Of a stretch of 54,713 nt of DNA, positions 7,914 through 18,599 are shown piece after piece (the first letter of the stretch is position 1; the number at the start of each line of letters is the position of its first letter). Where the stretch lies: contig JBBIPC010000023.1 of assembly GCA_037443035.1 (NCBI GenBank), positions 7,613 to 62,325 of the forward strand, in the 5' to 3' direction. The translations under genes were made by a program, and so were the position numbers. The stretch is from Chthonomonadales bacterium. Lineage in GTDB: Bacteria; Armatimonadota; Chthonomonadetes; Chthonomonadales; CAJBBX01. The notes under the pieces are model-generated. The model ran no database searches and was not told where the DNA came from. It saw only the letters and a program-made list of their open reading frames with translations.

Positions 7914-10496
7914 GTGAACCGAAGACGCGCATTGCTCTTGCTCGTCGTCGTGATATGGCTCTTCGCTCCGAAGGTCCTACCCGGTGCCCAGAAGCCAGCA
8001 GCGTCCGGCACCTACACCGACCGGAGCGGCAATGGTCATAGCTGGCACGTCAACGCCGGCCATATGCTGGTCTGGGACGGTCAACCGTATCTGCCCGTCG
8101 GTGGGCGATTTGTGCCCCGATACATCGCCGATGCACCCACGGAGGACAACTGGAACCTTGATGCCCAAGACCTCGCGCTCATCAAGAGCCGAGGAATCAC
8201 CGACATCCTCATAGACCCCGTCATCAGCCCTGTCCAGGCGAAGCCCGAATCGTGGCAGCGTCTCGTAGACCACCTGGAAACCTCGGGATTCCGGTACGGC
8301 ATTGCCTTCGGGGCGGGTGTCGCGAGCACTCTCACCGGCCTTGTCGTGAATCCGGGTGCCTATCGCATCGCCGACCTGACTACCGGCTCCGAAGCAGCTT
8401 GGGACGCGGCCGACACCGACTCGGCCTGGTACGTGATCGCCGATAGTCGCGACGGCACCCATATCCTGGGGTCGGGACGCGTTCTGGCAAGATCGGGCCG
8501 TATTTCCGTCACGGTGGACAATCGTGCAGCCGAACGTACTGTCGCGCTTCTCTACCCCCGCAAAGAGCTCAAGCCTGGTCTGGAAGGATCGCTGCCCGAC
8601 ATATGGAGCGGATTCGACGTCTACCGTGACCGCTTGTTGCAGGTGCTGAGCCAAGTGCGGTTCGGTCCAGGGCTCCGTTTCTTCCTGGATCCCCTAGGCG
8701 AGAAGGTTGGCCTCCCCGGCGAGGCCGCCTATCTCGTGCCAGACACACCATCCTGGCGCCTGGAATTCGAGGCCTACTTGGCGCGCAAGTATCCCTCCCC
8801 AGCCGCTCTGGCCACGGCATGGTCGCTGGTGGACAAAGACATCACCGATTTTCGCAAAGCTGCGTCCCTCGTGCCCCTCTGGTACCGCAACAAGGGTGTC
8901 CCGTACATGCTGGACACGGCAAGCGGCAAGCTGCTGCAGATCGGAGGCGCAGCATCGCGCTATTGGGCGGATCTCGCAGAGTGTCGCGATCAATCGCTGG
9001 CCTACTATCTCCAGGCTGTCTCACACCTCCTCAAACGGGAAGTCGCAGATGTCCCCGTCGTCTTCTCCCACACCATCCAACACCGCATGTTCACTGAAGC
9101 AGCCAACCGCGGAGGGCTAGATGGTCTTGGTGCGGTTTCGTATGGCTCAGGCACACGGCTGGTCCAGGGCAGCGTAAGCTCGGCATACAGCCAGGTAACG
9201 GACACCGACCGGACGGTCTGGTTCCTCGCGACGGAGACATGTGATCCTGTTGGAGCTGGGGGGCGGCCAGGGTACGCATCCCGCGAAGCCCTCTTCCGCG
9301 AACTCGACTGGCTCATCGGCGCGGGAGCGCGTGGTATCTTCGTGCGCGGGCTCCGCTCTCCGGCAGCTATGGCATCGGTCTACGCCGATCTCGTGACATC
9401 CCCCGAACAGTTGGACTGGATGAGAGAGTATGCGAGCCGCGTGACATCGTCAGGCAGTGTCCCTGCAGGCGGTCCGCGCACCCTCCCATTCCCGGCCGCT
9501 GCTGCAGGCTATGTACCGTCAGGCCCCATCGGCAATGGCTCCATCTGGTGGGTGCCGTCACTAGCTCCTGGCCGAGCACTGGACTACGGGCCATTCTACG
9601 GAGGTTACGTCATCACCCTTCAGGGACAGGACGTCGTCGTCATCTGGTCCCGCGCCGGCTCCAGGGAAACGCACCTCCATATCGCCGATCCCAGGAAGCT
9701 CCAGGCCACAACCGCCGACGGCGTGCCGGTGCCCATCAAGCCAGACGTCAAGCAGCGCATGGCGCGGCTCGTTGTCAGCGAGATGCCGGTTCTCCTCAAC
9801 ACCCAGGGCCAGGAGGTGTTTCCTATCGAAGCCGTCGAGGATTCCCTGCGACAGCTGCGCGCACTGGTGGCCCAGGCCCAGGCAGAGAAGATACCGAACC
9901 AGGACTTCCGCTACATGCTCGAAACGGCCGAGGCGCGTTACCGGCGTCGGGACATGGCCGCAGCCTTCGGACTGTGCCAACAGGCTCTGGCGGGAATCGT
10001 CGAACTGATGCAACCCTATTCCTGGCGCGAAGTAGAACGGGCGGCGGTCCAGACCTTCACCGAAGTGGTGCCGGATGGCGGTGCCTCCGGAGGCATGTAT
10101 CTCTCGCTGAACACCTCTAGCACTCCGCCTCGGGACGGTTACTCGTTCCAACTCACCTTCCGAGCGCCCGCCGACGATACGTACACAGTCTGGCTGGCAT
10201 GTTCGCCGCCGTCCCCTGGCGTCTCTCCCTTCGCCTGGGTCGTGGATACAGGTGAAACCCACGTGTCCACGGAGGCAAAGGCAGTGGGGGATATCTTTCT
10301 TGGCGGCAAGTTGGTCTGGATGGAACTGGGCAAGGTAGCGCTCAAACCCGGCAACCATACGCTGACGCTCCGCGTGACCGATCGTGCGTCCGCAACCGGA
10401 GCCTACACGTTCGCTGCCGACGCCCTGCTCGTAACGCGCATGCCATTCACACCGCAGGGCACCTCCCGTCCACCGGCGGTTGCGGGCCGCCCCTGA
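7914..10496 (+). CDS. Large secreted hypothetical protein; possible glycoside-hydrolase-like barrel plus C-terminal CBM-like jelly roll
   Basis: Signal peptide; DLALIKSRGITD GH-like start; C-terminal GASGGMYL..WMELGKVALKPGNHTLTLRV..DALLVT CBM-like pattern; GGAGG upstream. Confidence 0.6.
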   Translation: MNRRRALLLLVVVIWLFAPKVLPGAQKPAASGTYTDRSGNGHSWHVNAGHMLVWDGQPYLPVGGRFVPRYIADAPTEDNWNLDAQDLALIKSRGITDILIDPVISPVQAKPESWQRLVDHLETSGFRYGIAFGAGVASTLTGLVVNPGAYRIADLTTGSEAAWDAADTDSAWYVIADSRDGTHILGSGRVLARSGRISVTVDNRAAERTVALLYPRKELKPGLEGSLPDIWSGFDVYRDRLLQVLSQVRFGPGLRFFLDPLGEKVGLPGEAAYLVPDTPSWRLEFEAYLARKYPSPAALATAWSLVDKDITDFRKAASLVPLWYRNKGVPYMLDTASGKLLQIGGAASRYWADLAECRDQSLAYYLQAVSHLLKREVADVPVVFSHTIQHRMFTEAANRGGLDGLGAVSYGSGTRLVQGSVSSAYSQVTDTDRTVWFLATETCDPVGAGGRPGYASREALFRELDWLIGAGARGIFVRGLRSPAAMASVYADLVTSPEQLDWMREYASRVTSSGSVPAGGPRTLPFPAAAAGYVPSGPIGNGSIWWVPSLAPGRALDYGPFYGGYVITLQGQDVVVIWSRAGSRETHLHIADPRKLQATTADGVPVPIKPDVKQRMARLVVSEMPVLLNTQGQEVFPIEAVEDSLRQLRALVAQAQAEKIPNQDFRYMLETAEARYRRRDMAAAFGLCQQALAGIVELMQPYSWREVERAAVQTFTEVVPDGGASGGMYLSLNTSSTPPRDGYSFQLTFRAPADDTYTVWLACSPPSPGVSPFAWVVDTGETHVSTEAKAVGDIFLGGKLVWMELGKVALKPGNHTLTLRVTDRASATGAYTFAADALLVTRMPFTPQGTSRPPAVAGRP

Positions 10497-10521
10497 GGAA
10501 ACTCCGTACGGAGCGCGTTCG

Positions 10522-13206
10522 GTGAACCTGCTCACCAGGGGGTCGCGTATGGCTCTGGTGGCGTTTCTCGTGTTAGCTGTACCGAAGGGCGGAGGTCCGA
10601 TCGCATCTCCCACACGTGCAGCGCCGCCTCTCCTATCGTCGTCTAGGACGAGCGCGGCTACGGACTTTGTCGACTCCGTTCGCATGTGGATCCCTTCCGA
10701 GAGAATCGCCCATCGCGTTCGGTGGATCAGAGCACAACCAGATGCCAAGCGGGCTACGTTCGGACGACTGCGCCTGCCTGTTCGCGGACTGGCCATCCAG
10801 CCGGGAGGCGTCGTCTACGTTCGTCTCCGCGCTGCTTCTCCAGATGCGACGGCCATTGCTATCCGCTGGGCGACCATGCCAGAACACCACGGACGCCCTC
10901 AGAGCTATACCGTGGAAGCCGACGGACTCGAACTCGCATCGGAGGTCTACGTAGATCCTGGAGCTGGAGCCACTCGCACGGCCTTCGTCGAGTACGACGG
11001 TCGAGCCCCATCGGTAACGGTGAGAGTGTGCGCAGGCTGGCGCAACGCGTTTCCTATCGTTCTGGATAGTATTCGCGCGTACAAGATAACGGACGAGGCA
11101 GCGATGACCCCGGCCGGCGACACCCGTTACCGCATGGGTCTGGCCCTCCTCTCCTCCAGAGGCAGCGGCTTCGCCATAGACCGTTCCGAAATGGACGCCA
11201 TCGAGGAACGTATCCCCACCTCGGAATGGTTCGTGCCCCAAGCAGCCGTCCTCTACAACTTCTGCCGCCGTAACCGTTCCGAGCAATACGCTGCCATGAG
11301 GCAGTTCGGCGATCTTGCAGCGTCCTCGCGCTTCCCGCTGCGCGTTCTCCCGCAGATGCACTGGGCCGGAATCCCCACGGGCGTACCCGATGGGGCCGGC
11401 GGAACCTTCACGGACGTGCCCTATCAGCAGATCACCTGGGACCAGGACGACAACACGGAAGAGCCAGGTCTGAAGCCGCTCCTTGGCGATCGTTACGACG
11501 TGCGTTACGGTCTCTCGGTACCCAACCGCTGGGGGAACACGCCGTGGCTCACGTTCAATCATCCTCGACTCAACCAGTTCCGACGGGCGCGTCTCCGCGA
11601 GGCCGTGACGGCATGGCTGAACGTCCGCGAGACTCTGGGACGGTGGGGACTGGCCCATCTGTTTCCAGGCGAGATCTCTACCGGCGAGGAGACGGTCTAC
11701 TGGGCCAAGGGCGTGGACGATAGCGCTTACACCCAGTACAACGGCGGAAAACCTCGGAATGCGCTCCTTGCCGACTTCAACCCGTTCGTCGTCGCGGATG
11801 CCATGGCCGATGGGATCATCCTCGATCCGACGAATGGACTGGATCGCAACGAGCGGTGGTGGCTGCATCAGAACCTGGCGCGCTGGCAGCAGACAATCGT
11901 GGACTGGCTGGGCGAATCGATACCGCCTGAACCCATCAAAGCAACGCCAGCGGGACCCGCCTTCGCCGAAGACCTAGTCCGACGCAACATCTTTACCGAA
12001 CCTTACGCCATGCCGGTCTTTCCCATGCGCGGGGTCAACCCCCTCAGACCCGGTCTCGAGGTTGGGTACGTGCGGGATGGACGAAGCGGCGGTGAGTACT
12101 GGTCGGGTGCGACCATGCTGCCATGGCTGATCAAGGAGCGTGAACGCGGACGCATTGCTCTACCCAATCTGGAGTGCACGGGCGCGGATGACGCTCAACT
12201 CCAAGCATGTCTATTGGCGGCCTATGCCCACGGTGCACGCTACGCGACTCTCTACAACTGGCACCACCGGCCCCACATACGGAACATCCTGGCCGACGTG
12301 GCGGACAGGATCGGCAAGGCAAGCCAGCCGCTCGCGCTTGTCCGTGAAGAGACGAGCGTGCAGATGAACAATGAACTAGTGGAGAGGACCTTCCGGGCCG
12401 ACGCGGATGCCTTCGGAGTGAACGTGCTCGCTACAATCCTCGGGAGTGTACCGCCGGAGGTCCGTCTGGTACGCATGACGATCCGCACGCTGGACGAGAG
12501 GCCTGAACGGAGCGTATCCGTAACAGTCGCCGTACCCCACGTTCGCCCCGAGCCCATCCAGGTTTCCGCGCACCTTCCCCTCATGTTCGCTCTGCAGCCA
12601 GGGCAGCGCTATGCTGTCGCGGTCCAGGACCCAGCTTCCGGACGACTCACCGCGCGACACGTTGCACGGATCACTGCCCTCGCTGACGTGCGACTGGAGC
12701 GATGGCGCAGTCTCTGCGTTGCGGATCTCCAGGATGCGGAGGACATTCTCGAGTCCCTCACTGCGAAGGATCGAGACCCCTGGACGAACGAGCACGCTCG
12801 CATGCGTCTCCAACTGGCCAGGACGCTCTTGGAGCGAGGAAGACCGCTCGACGCCTACCGCGCCGCCATTCGTGCCGAGCAACTGATGTTCCCGGCATCG
12901 TTCCTGCTCCAAGCCCCAGGAGGCAAGCTGAACCCGTTCCCTGTCGAAATCACGTGTCCGGAGGAACGTGTCCGCGCCACCATCCATACGCTGTCGCTGC
13001 ATACCGTTACCGTGAGCGTCCTGTGCAGCGTTGCTCAACACGTTCGCATCCGTTGTGGTGGCAAGTTAGCCGCTCTCGACCTTGCACCTAACGTGCCGGC
13101 ACGAATAGACATAGAACTGGGCGCCAGACCGACACACGAACGCCCTGAGAGCGCGGAAGTCCCACCTCCGCGCTCCAAAGTCGGCGGGCAGCATGGTAGT
13201 ATGTGA
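10522..13206 (+). CDS. Large secreted hypothetical protein (possible GH-like TIM barrel)
   Basis: Long ORF co-directional with upstream gene; hydrophobic N-terminus; Trp/Tyr/acidic-rich core; start uncertain (GTG 10522 or ATG 10549). Confidence 0.6.
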   Translation: MNLLTRGSRMALVAFLVLAVPKGGGPIASPTRAAPPLLSSSRTSAATDFVDSVRMWIPSERIAHRVRWIRAQPDAKRATFGRLRLPVRGLAIQPGGVVYVRLRAASPDATAIAIRWATMPEHHGRPQSYTVEADGLELASEVYVDPGAGATRTAFVEYDGRAPSVTVRVCAGWRNAFPIVLDSIRAYKITDEAAMTPAGDTRYRMGLALLSSRGSGFAIDRSEMDAIEERIPTSEWFVPQAAVLYNFCRRNRSEQYAAMRQFGDLAASSRFPLRVLPQMHWAGIPTGVPDGAGGTFTDVPYQQITWDQDDNTEEPGLKPLLGDRYDVRYGLSVPNRWGNTPWLTFNHPRLNQFRRARLREAVTAWLNVRETLGRWGLAHLFPGEISTGEETVYWAKGVDDSAYTQYNGGKPRNALLADFNPFVVADAMADGIILDPTNGLDRNERWWLHQNLARWQQTIVDWLGESIPPEPIKATPAGPAFAEDLVRRNIFTEPYAMPVFPMRGVNPLRPGLEVGYVRDGRSGGEYWSGATMLPWLIKERERGRIALPNLECTGADDAQLQACLLAAYAHGARYATLYNWHHRPHIRNILADVADRIGKASQPLALVREETSVQMNNELVERTFRADADAFGVNVLATILGSVPPEVRLVRMTIRTLDERPERSVSVTVAVPHVRPEPIQVSAHLPLMFALQPGQRYAVAVQDPASGRLTARHVARITALADVRLERWRSLCVADLQDAEDILESLTAKDRDPWTNEHARMRLQLARTLLERGRPLDAYRAAIRAEQLMFPASFLLQAPGGKLNPFPVEITCPEERVRATIHTLSLHTVTVSVLCSVAQHVRIRCGGKLAALDLAPNVPARIDIELGARPTHERPESAEVPPPRSKVGGQHGSM

Positions 13207-13372
13207 TGCACGGTACAGAGTGGTGACAGACCGTGGGATGGTTCCGCGGTCCAACGAAGCGCGTCGCGACGGCCGGATGGAGGCCGGCCCAGGACAGACG
13301 TGACAGGTCAGAAGCCGTCCGCCATGAGCGGAACGGGCGTATTGATGCGGAACCCTCCCTGGCGATCGAACA

Positions 13373-15301
13373 ATGACATTACGCGAACGCTTTGACCCTT
13401 ACAGACTGAGGCTGATGGCGATAGATGCCGCCATCGTCGCGCTCATGTTTTATTCGTCCTTCGTCCTTCGCACGGACCAGTACCCCCTAGGCGCCCAGTG
13501 GACCAAAGCATTCGTACGGCTTGTGGGCCTAGTCGTTCTAGCCAGGCTGGTGGCGTTCGACGCCTTCGGCGTTTATCGGATCGCCGTCCGCTACATCAGC
13601 ATCCGGGACGCGGCTGCCATCGGCGTCGCTGTGGTGGTTAGCACAACTTTCATCATCGCATTCATCGCCATCGTGCGGCATCCCATGATCCCGCTGTCGG
13701 TCTGCGTCATCAACGCCTTGCTCGACTTCATAGCGCTGGCTGGGTCTCGGATCGTCTATCGCCTGTACCGTGAGGCCGGCCCGGGTGGAGGCCGACCGCT
13801 GAACCTCCGCCGCATACTCGTCATCGGAGCAGGTCGGCGAGGCGCTGCGCTTGCGCGGGAGATCCGCGAACGCACACGCGAGGGGTTGATACTCGTCGGC
13901 TTTCTCGATGACGACCCAGCCAAACGCCATCAGCTCATCCAAGGGGCACCTGTACTGGGCACAACCTTCGATGCCGAGCGCATCGTCGAGAGCCATAACG
14001 TCGATGAGATCATTATCGCCATCTCGGCGGCGCGTGGCCATCAAATCCGGGAGATCACCCGCCGCTGCGAGACAACGCCAGCTCGCCTCAGGATCTCGCC
14101 AGGCTACGCCGAGCTCGATGCGCAGAACCTCTTCGCCAACCTGCGCGATGTTCAGGTCGAGGACCTCCTGCAACGCGAACCCGTTCGGGTGAATATGGAG
14201 GAGATCTCCGCCTACCTTCGCGACGAGGTCGTCCTCATCACGGGGGGAGGGGGATCCATCGGTGCTGAGCTGGCCCGCCAGATTGCCGCCGTGGTACCGG
14301 ACCATCTCATTCTTCTCGGCCACGGCGAGAACTCCATCTTCGAAGTGGCCGAGGAGCTTCGAACGAAGACGGATGTCCCCCTCTCAACTGTCATCGCCGA
14401 TGTCCGGGATTATGACCGCCTTCTCCGCGTCTTCCAGCGGTACCGTCCCACGGTCGTTTTCCACGCAGCCGCGCACAAGCACGTTCCCCTCATGGAACTG
14501 AACCCCGAAGAGGCGATCACGAATAACGTGCTCGGTACGCGCAACCTCGCCCGGATCGCCAAGCTATCCCGTGTCAAGCGCTTCGTCATGATCTCCACGG
14601 ACAAGGCTGTCAACCCCACCAGCATCATGGGCGCATCCAAGCGCGTCGCTGAACGAGTCATACAGCGAGAAGCGATGGGTAGTAAGACGGAATTCGCGAC
14701 CGTCCGCTTCGGGAACGTTCTGGGCAGTCGCGGTAGTGTAGTGCCGACAATGCGCGCGCAGATCGCCCGCGGCGGACCAGTGACCGTTACTCATCCCGAA
14801 GTCACTCGCTACTTCATGACCATACCCGAGGCGGTGCAGCTCGTCATCCAGGCAGGAGCCATGGGAGGACACGGCACCGTCTACGTTCTCGATATGGGCG
14901 AACCCGTCAAGATCATGGACCTGGCGCACACGATCATTCGCCTGTCGGGCCTGGTGCCAGAGAAAGACATCAAGATCGAGATCACGGGTCTCCGCCCTGG
15001 CGAAAAGCTCAAGGAGGAACTACTGACCGATGTCGAGGCGACGTCCGTCACGCGCCACGAACGTATCTTCGAGGCCGACCTTGCGCCACCGCCCGTGGAA
15101 GACCTCGACGGGCATGTAGACGCACTCATCGAGGCCGCGAGAACTGCAGATCTCCCGCGTATGCTGCAGCATCTCCAAGAACTGGTTCCGCGGTTCCGGT
15201 GCAATGAGATCCTCGCAGCTCTGGCCGCATCGCCATCCGTCAGTCGGCAGGTTGATACTGGGAAGGGGGTCAACGTGACGGATGGCCAGGCCGCGAACTA
15301 G
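13373..15301 (+). CDS. Polysaccharide biosynthesis protein CapD/PglF/WbpM-type nucleoside-diphosphate sugar 4,6-dehydratase
   Basis: 4 N-terminal TMs, IGAGRRG, ITGGGGSIG, FHAAAHKHVP, ISTDKAVNPTSIMGASK, VRFGNVLGSRGSV, GLRPGEKL. Confidence 0.95.
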   Translation: MTLRERFDPYRLRLMAIDAAIVALMFYSSFVLRTDQYPLGAQWTKAFVRLVGLVVLARLVAFDAFGVYRIAVRYISIRDAAAIGVAVVVSTTFIIAFIAIVRHPMIPLSVCVINALLDFIALAGSRIVYRLYREAGPGGGRPLNLRRILVIGAGRRGAALAREIRERTREGLILVGFLDDDPAKRHQLIQGAPVLGTTFDAERIVESHNVDEIIIAISAARGHQIREITRRCETTPARLRISPGYAELDAQNLFANLRDVQVEDLLQREPVRVNMEEISAYLRDEVVLITGGGGSIGAELARQIAAVVPDHLILLGHGENSIFEVAEELRTKTDVPLSTVIADVRDYDRLLRVFQRYRPTVVFHAAAHKHVPLMELNPEEAITNNVLGTRNLARIAKLSRVKRFVMISTDKAVNPTSIMGASKRVAERVIQREAMGSKTEFATVRFGNVLGSRGSVVPTMRAQIARGGPVTVTHPEVTRYFMTIPEAVQLVIQAGAMGGHGTVYVLDMGEPVKIMDLAHTIIRLSGLVPEKDIKIEITGLRPGEKLKEELLTDVEATSVTRHERIFEADLAPPPVEDLDGHVDALIEAARTADLPRMLQHLQELVPRFRCNEILAALAASPSVSRQVDTGKGVNVTDGQAAN

Positions 15302-15410
15302 ACCAATCGCAGGCTCGAAGACACATGCTCGCCGGACCTGGCACAGCACGCGAGGTCCACTGTCAATCAGCAACACCGGCTAGGAGCCGGTTCGAGGAGG
15401 AATCGGAACA

Positions 15411-16637
15411 ATGTCTGGAACAGCACGGTCATGGGAGACCACACCGCTGAACCTAGCCAAACGCATGGAGCGCCTGGGCACCGAAACGGCCTTCGACGTC
15501 CTCGCCAGGGTCCACCGCCTTCGCGCTCAAGGCCGCGACATTATCTCTTTCGGGCTGGGAGAGCCAGATTTCGAGACGCCCGATCATATCAAGGATGCCT
15601 GCAAACGTGCCCTCGACGAGAACTACACGCACTACGGTCCCTCGCAGGGTCTGCCTGAACTGCGAGAGGCTATCGCCGGGTATTTCAGCCGAACCCGAGG
15701 CATACCCGTAGGTCCCGAGAACGTCGTCGTTGGCCCCGGTGCGAAGCCCATGATCTTTTCGGCCATGATGGCGCTCGTCAATCCCGGTGACGAAGTCATC
15801 TACCCGTCCCCCGGCTACCCCATCTACGAGTCCGTGGCCGACTGGATCGGGGCTGTGCCCGTACCCGCGCGTCTCACCGAAGCGAAGGAATGGTCCTACG
15901 ACGTCGAGGAGCTTGCTTCGCTGATCACCCCACGTACCAGAGCCATCATCCTCAACAGTCCCGAGAACCCCACGGGCGGCATGCTGCTTGCCAAAGACAT
16001 GGAAGCCATCGCCGCGCTCGCCGTGGAACACAACCTCTGGGTCATCACCGATGAGGTCTACTCGCAGATCGTCTTCGATCACCCCTTCGCTTCGATCGCC
16101 AGTGTGCCCGGCATGCTCGCACGAACGGTGGCTATTGACGGCTTCTCCAAGACCTACGCCATGACCGGCTGGAGGATTGGCTACGCCGTGTGTCGTCCCG
16201 ACCTTGCCGTGCATTTGGCCCGCATCGAGACGAACCTCCACTCCTGCACCGCCATGATGACTCAGCGCGCTGCCTACGCAGCCCTCACCTCGACCCAGGA
16301 GCCATCCATGCACATGGCAGAGGCTTTCCGCAGGCGCGCCAGGCTCATCACGGACCTCCTCAATGACATTCGAGGTATTTGCTGCGTCAAGCCCCGCGGT
16401 GCCTTCTACGTGTTCCCCAACGTTACCGAGGCATGCCGCAACCTCGGTCTCCCGGGCGCCAACGCGCTCTGCGACAAGCTCCTCCTCGAGGCAGGAGTGG
16501 CGGTCCTCCCTCGGACCTGCTTCGGCCGAAGGCTGGAGGAAGAGGAGTACATCCGTCTCTCGTACGCCACGTCCGACGAGAACATCGTCGAGGGGATCCG
16601 TCGCATGAAGACCCTCATCGAGAGCGGTCGAGCATGA
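15411..16637 (+). CDS. PLP-dependent aminotransferase class I/II (aspartate aminotransferase-like)
   Basis: GEPDF, NSPENPTG, DEVY, GFSKTYAMTGWRIG, GAFYVF. Confidence 0.95.
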   Translation: MSGTARSWETTPLNLAKRMERLGTETAFDVLARVHRLRAQGRDIISFGLGEPDFETPDHIKDACKRALDENYTHYGPSQGLPELREAIAGYFSRTRGIPVGPENVVVGPGAKPMIFSAMMALVNPGDEVIYPSPGYPIYESVADWIGAVPVPARLTEAKEWSYDVEELASLITPRTRAIILNSPENPTGGMLLAKDMEAIAALAVEHNLWVITDEVYSQIVFDHPFASIASVPGMLARTVAIDGFSKTYAMTGWRIGYAVCRPDLAVHLARIETNLHSCTAMMTQRAAYAALTSTQEPSMHMAEAFRRRARLITDLLNDIRGICCVKPRGAFYVFPNVTEACRNLGLPGANALCDKLLLEAGVAVLPRTCFGRRLEEEEYIRLSYATSDENIVEGIRRMKTLIESGRA

Positions 16638-18505
16638 AGCGTGTCACGCTGGTCGCGGGCCTTCTCGGCCTTGCTTACCTGTGTCCTCCTCGAAGCGCCA
16701 GCGCACGTCCCACCACCTTCGCTACGTTCGATCGCGCTGTCGCTGCCGCATGCCGACAGTTCACTCGCTACGACCGTGACGAGGACGGTTCCCCCGAGAT
16801 CCTGGCATTGCGCCGACTGCTGGCTGTGCGAGGCTCGGGCGCGGGTGCAGTGCTCGTCCTAGTCGAAGACCGGTTGTCGCGTCGTGTTACCGGGCGCGAT
16901 GTGGCTGATCTCATGCCATCTCTCCGCACCTACGCCGAAGATCTCTCGCGCCAGGGCTACCACGTTTCCGTCGTCGCTACCGCCCTCTACGCAGGCCCGC
17001 GTCACCAGGATGGGCTCATCGTCCTGGCACTCCGTGATATGGTCAAGAGCATCTATCCCCAGGTCCCGGACCTCCGCTCCCTCGTCCTCGTAGGCAACTT
17101 CCCCAATGCGTTCATCGTTCGCCAGTACTACTGGCCTCGCGAAGACAGCCTCGTCCTCAACGCAGGCACGCCCATGGAGAAGAAATGGCAGGCGGTCAGG
17201 CACATCCGGAGCATCGCCGAGCCCGTGGCATCGCCTGCCGATATCGTGCTCGCCGACCTCGATGGCGACTGGGACACCGCCTACCGCCTCGGTCCGGAGC
17301 GGCTCGGTGGATTGCTCGCGGCGTTTCCCGACGACCCCGCACGCGAAGTGACCGATGCCTGGCAGTACACCGCAGAGCGGTACGAGGATTTCTTTCTGGT
17401 CCAGGATGGCTTCTGGGAAGAGCAGGCTTTGCCAGGCGGCAAGCGACGGTTCCGTTTTCCTGGCGAGCCGAATGCAGAATGCACCCCGTCGGATCGCCAG
17501 CAGGCCAACGTTCTGGCTCGGCCCGAGATCTCCATCGGCCGCCTGAACGCCTATCACATAGCCCTGGAACCGAACCCCGACGTTCGCGGCGTCAATGGCG
17601 AGGGTCTGCTCGATGCCCAGGGCCACCCCCAGAGCGTGGAGTTCGCCAACGAGAAAGACGTACCGGACACGGAGCATCTGTGGGTTCATTCCGAGCGTCT
17701 GGAGCGAAAGCTGCTCCAGGAGTACTTCGCACGGAACCACACCTACCGTCTCGGCGAGAACTCCTCTGCATGGTTGCCTGCTTCCATCACAACCGAGTGG
17801 GGATCCTCTGTCCCCGAGATGAAGGCGGCCGTTCAAGGCTGGTCCGACACTGCAGCACCGGGACTGGATCTTGCTGGTGCACGTGTGAGCGTGACCGATT
17901 TCGTCGCATGGCTCATGCGGCCCGCTCTTGCCAGGGCGATCAAGGCGCATGCAGGTTCCACCGGCTTCGGATTCGACGCTCCGGCAGAGCCAAGTGCCCT
18001 CGAGAAGCTCGTTGGCCCGGTCTGGTGGTGGCACCGGGAGGGGAAACAACTCGTTCCGACGCTACGGCGGCAGGGCGGATGGGTGAACTTTGGTGTTCTT
18101 CGCTCCCTCTACGAGAACCACCGCCTCAGCGGCGCGCCAGCTCTCTACTTCCATACCGGTTGCGAGGCCATGACACCGGCCTACTACGAGAAGGAACCCT
18201 ACAACAGCCCTCGGCATGGTCTCTGGCAGATCGCCGAGTCGCTGCTATTCTACGCCGACGGCCTGGCTCTCGTCGGCCGTGGCAAGGTCTTCTACGACGA
18301 GCCGCGGGAGTTCTGGAAGGCAATGGGCGCCGGCGGCACCTTCGGCGATGCCTGGAAACACTACTTCGCCGTCGAGGGAGCCGACGCCGAGCTGGCCAAG
18401 GACGGTATCGGCCGCAAACGCGCCTACTTCTGGAGCACTATCGGCGACTGCACCCTCCGCCTGCCCACTCCACTCCTCGGGCAACGTGTCGCCGGTCAGC
18501 CGTAG
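16634..18505 (+). CDS. Secreted hypothetical protein with gingipain/peptidase C25-like motifs
   Basis: ATGA overlap with upstream stop; signal peptide; LVLVG, ADLDGD, PEISIGRL, KAHAG, FHTGC, IAESLL, IGDCTL in C25 order. Confidence 0.65.
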   Translation: MKRVTLVAGLLGLAYLCPPRSASARPTTFATFDRAVAAACRQFTRYDRDEDGSPEILALRRLLAVRGSGAGAVLVLVEDRLSRRVTGRDVADLMPSLRTYAEDLSRQGYHVSVVATALYAGPRHQDGLIVLALRDMVKSIYPQVPDLRSLVLVGNFPNAFIVRQYYWPREDSLVLNAGTPMEKKWQAVRHIRSIAEPVASPADIVLADLDGDWDTAYRLGPERLGGLLAAFPDDPAREVTDAWQYTAERYEDFFLVQDGFWEEQALPGGKRRFRFPGEPNAECTPSDRQQANVLARPEISIGRLNAYHIALEPNPDVRGVNGEGLLDAQGHPQSVEFANEKDVPDTEHLWVHSERLERKLLQEYFARNHTYRLGENSSAWLPASITTEWGSSVPEMKAAVQGWSDTAAPGLDLAGARVSVTDFVAWLMRPALARAIKAHAGSTGFGFDAPAEPSALEKLVGPVWWWHREGKQLVPTLRRQGGWVNFGVLRSLYENHRLSGAPALYFHTGCEAMTPAYYEKEPYNSPRHGLWQIAESLLFYADGLALVGRGKVFYDEPREFWKAMGAGGTFGDAWKHYFAVEGADAELAKDGIGRKRAYFWSTIGDCTLRLPTPLLGQRVAGQP

Positions 18506-18599
18506 TCGCGCGTAGGGGTAGCAGATCCAACCGAAAGCAGGCGGAGCTCGCTCTTGCGGGAACGTCTGGCGGTCGGCCCGCCCGTGATGCTGGGTCCGG

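Noticed and set aside
18506..18599. Possible SRP-like or other ncRNA between convergent genes
   Set aside because: Lacks the SRP helix-8 consensus; only weak GC pairing
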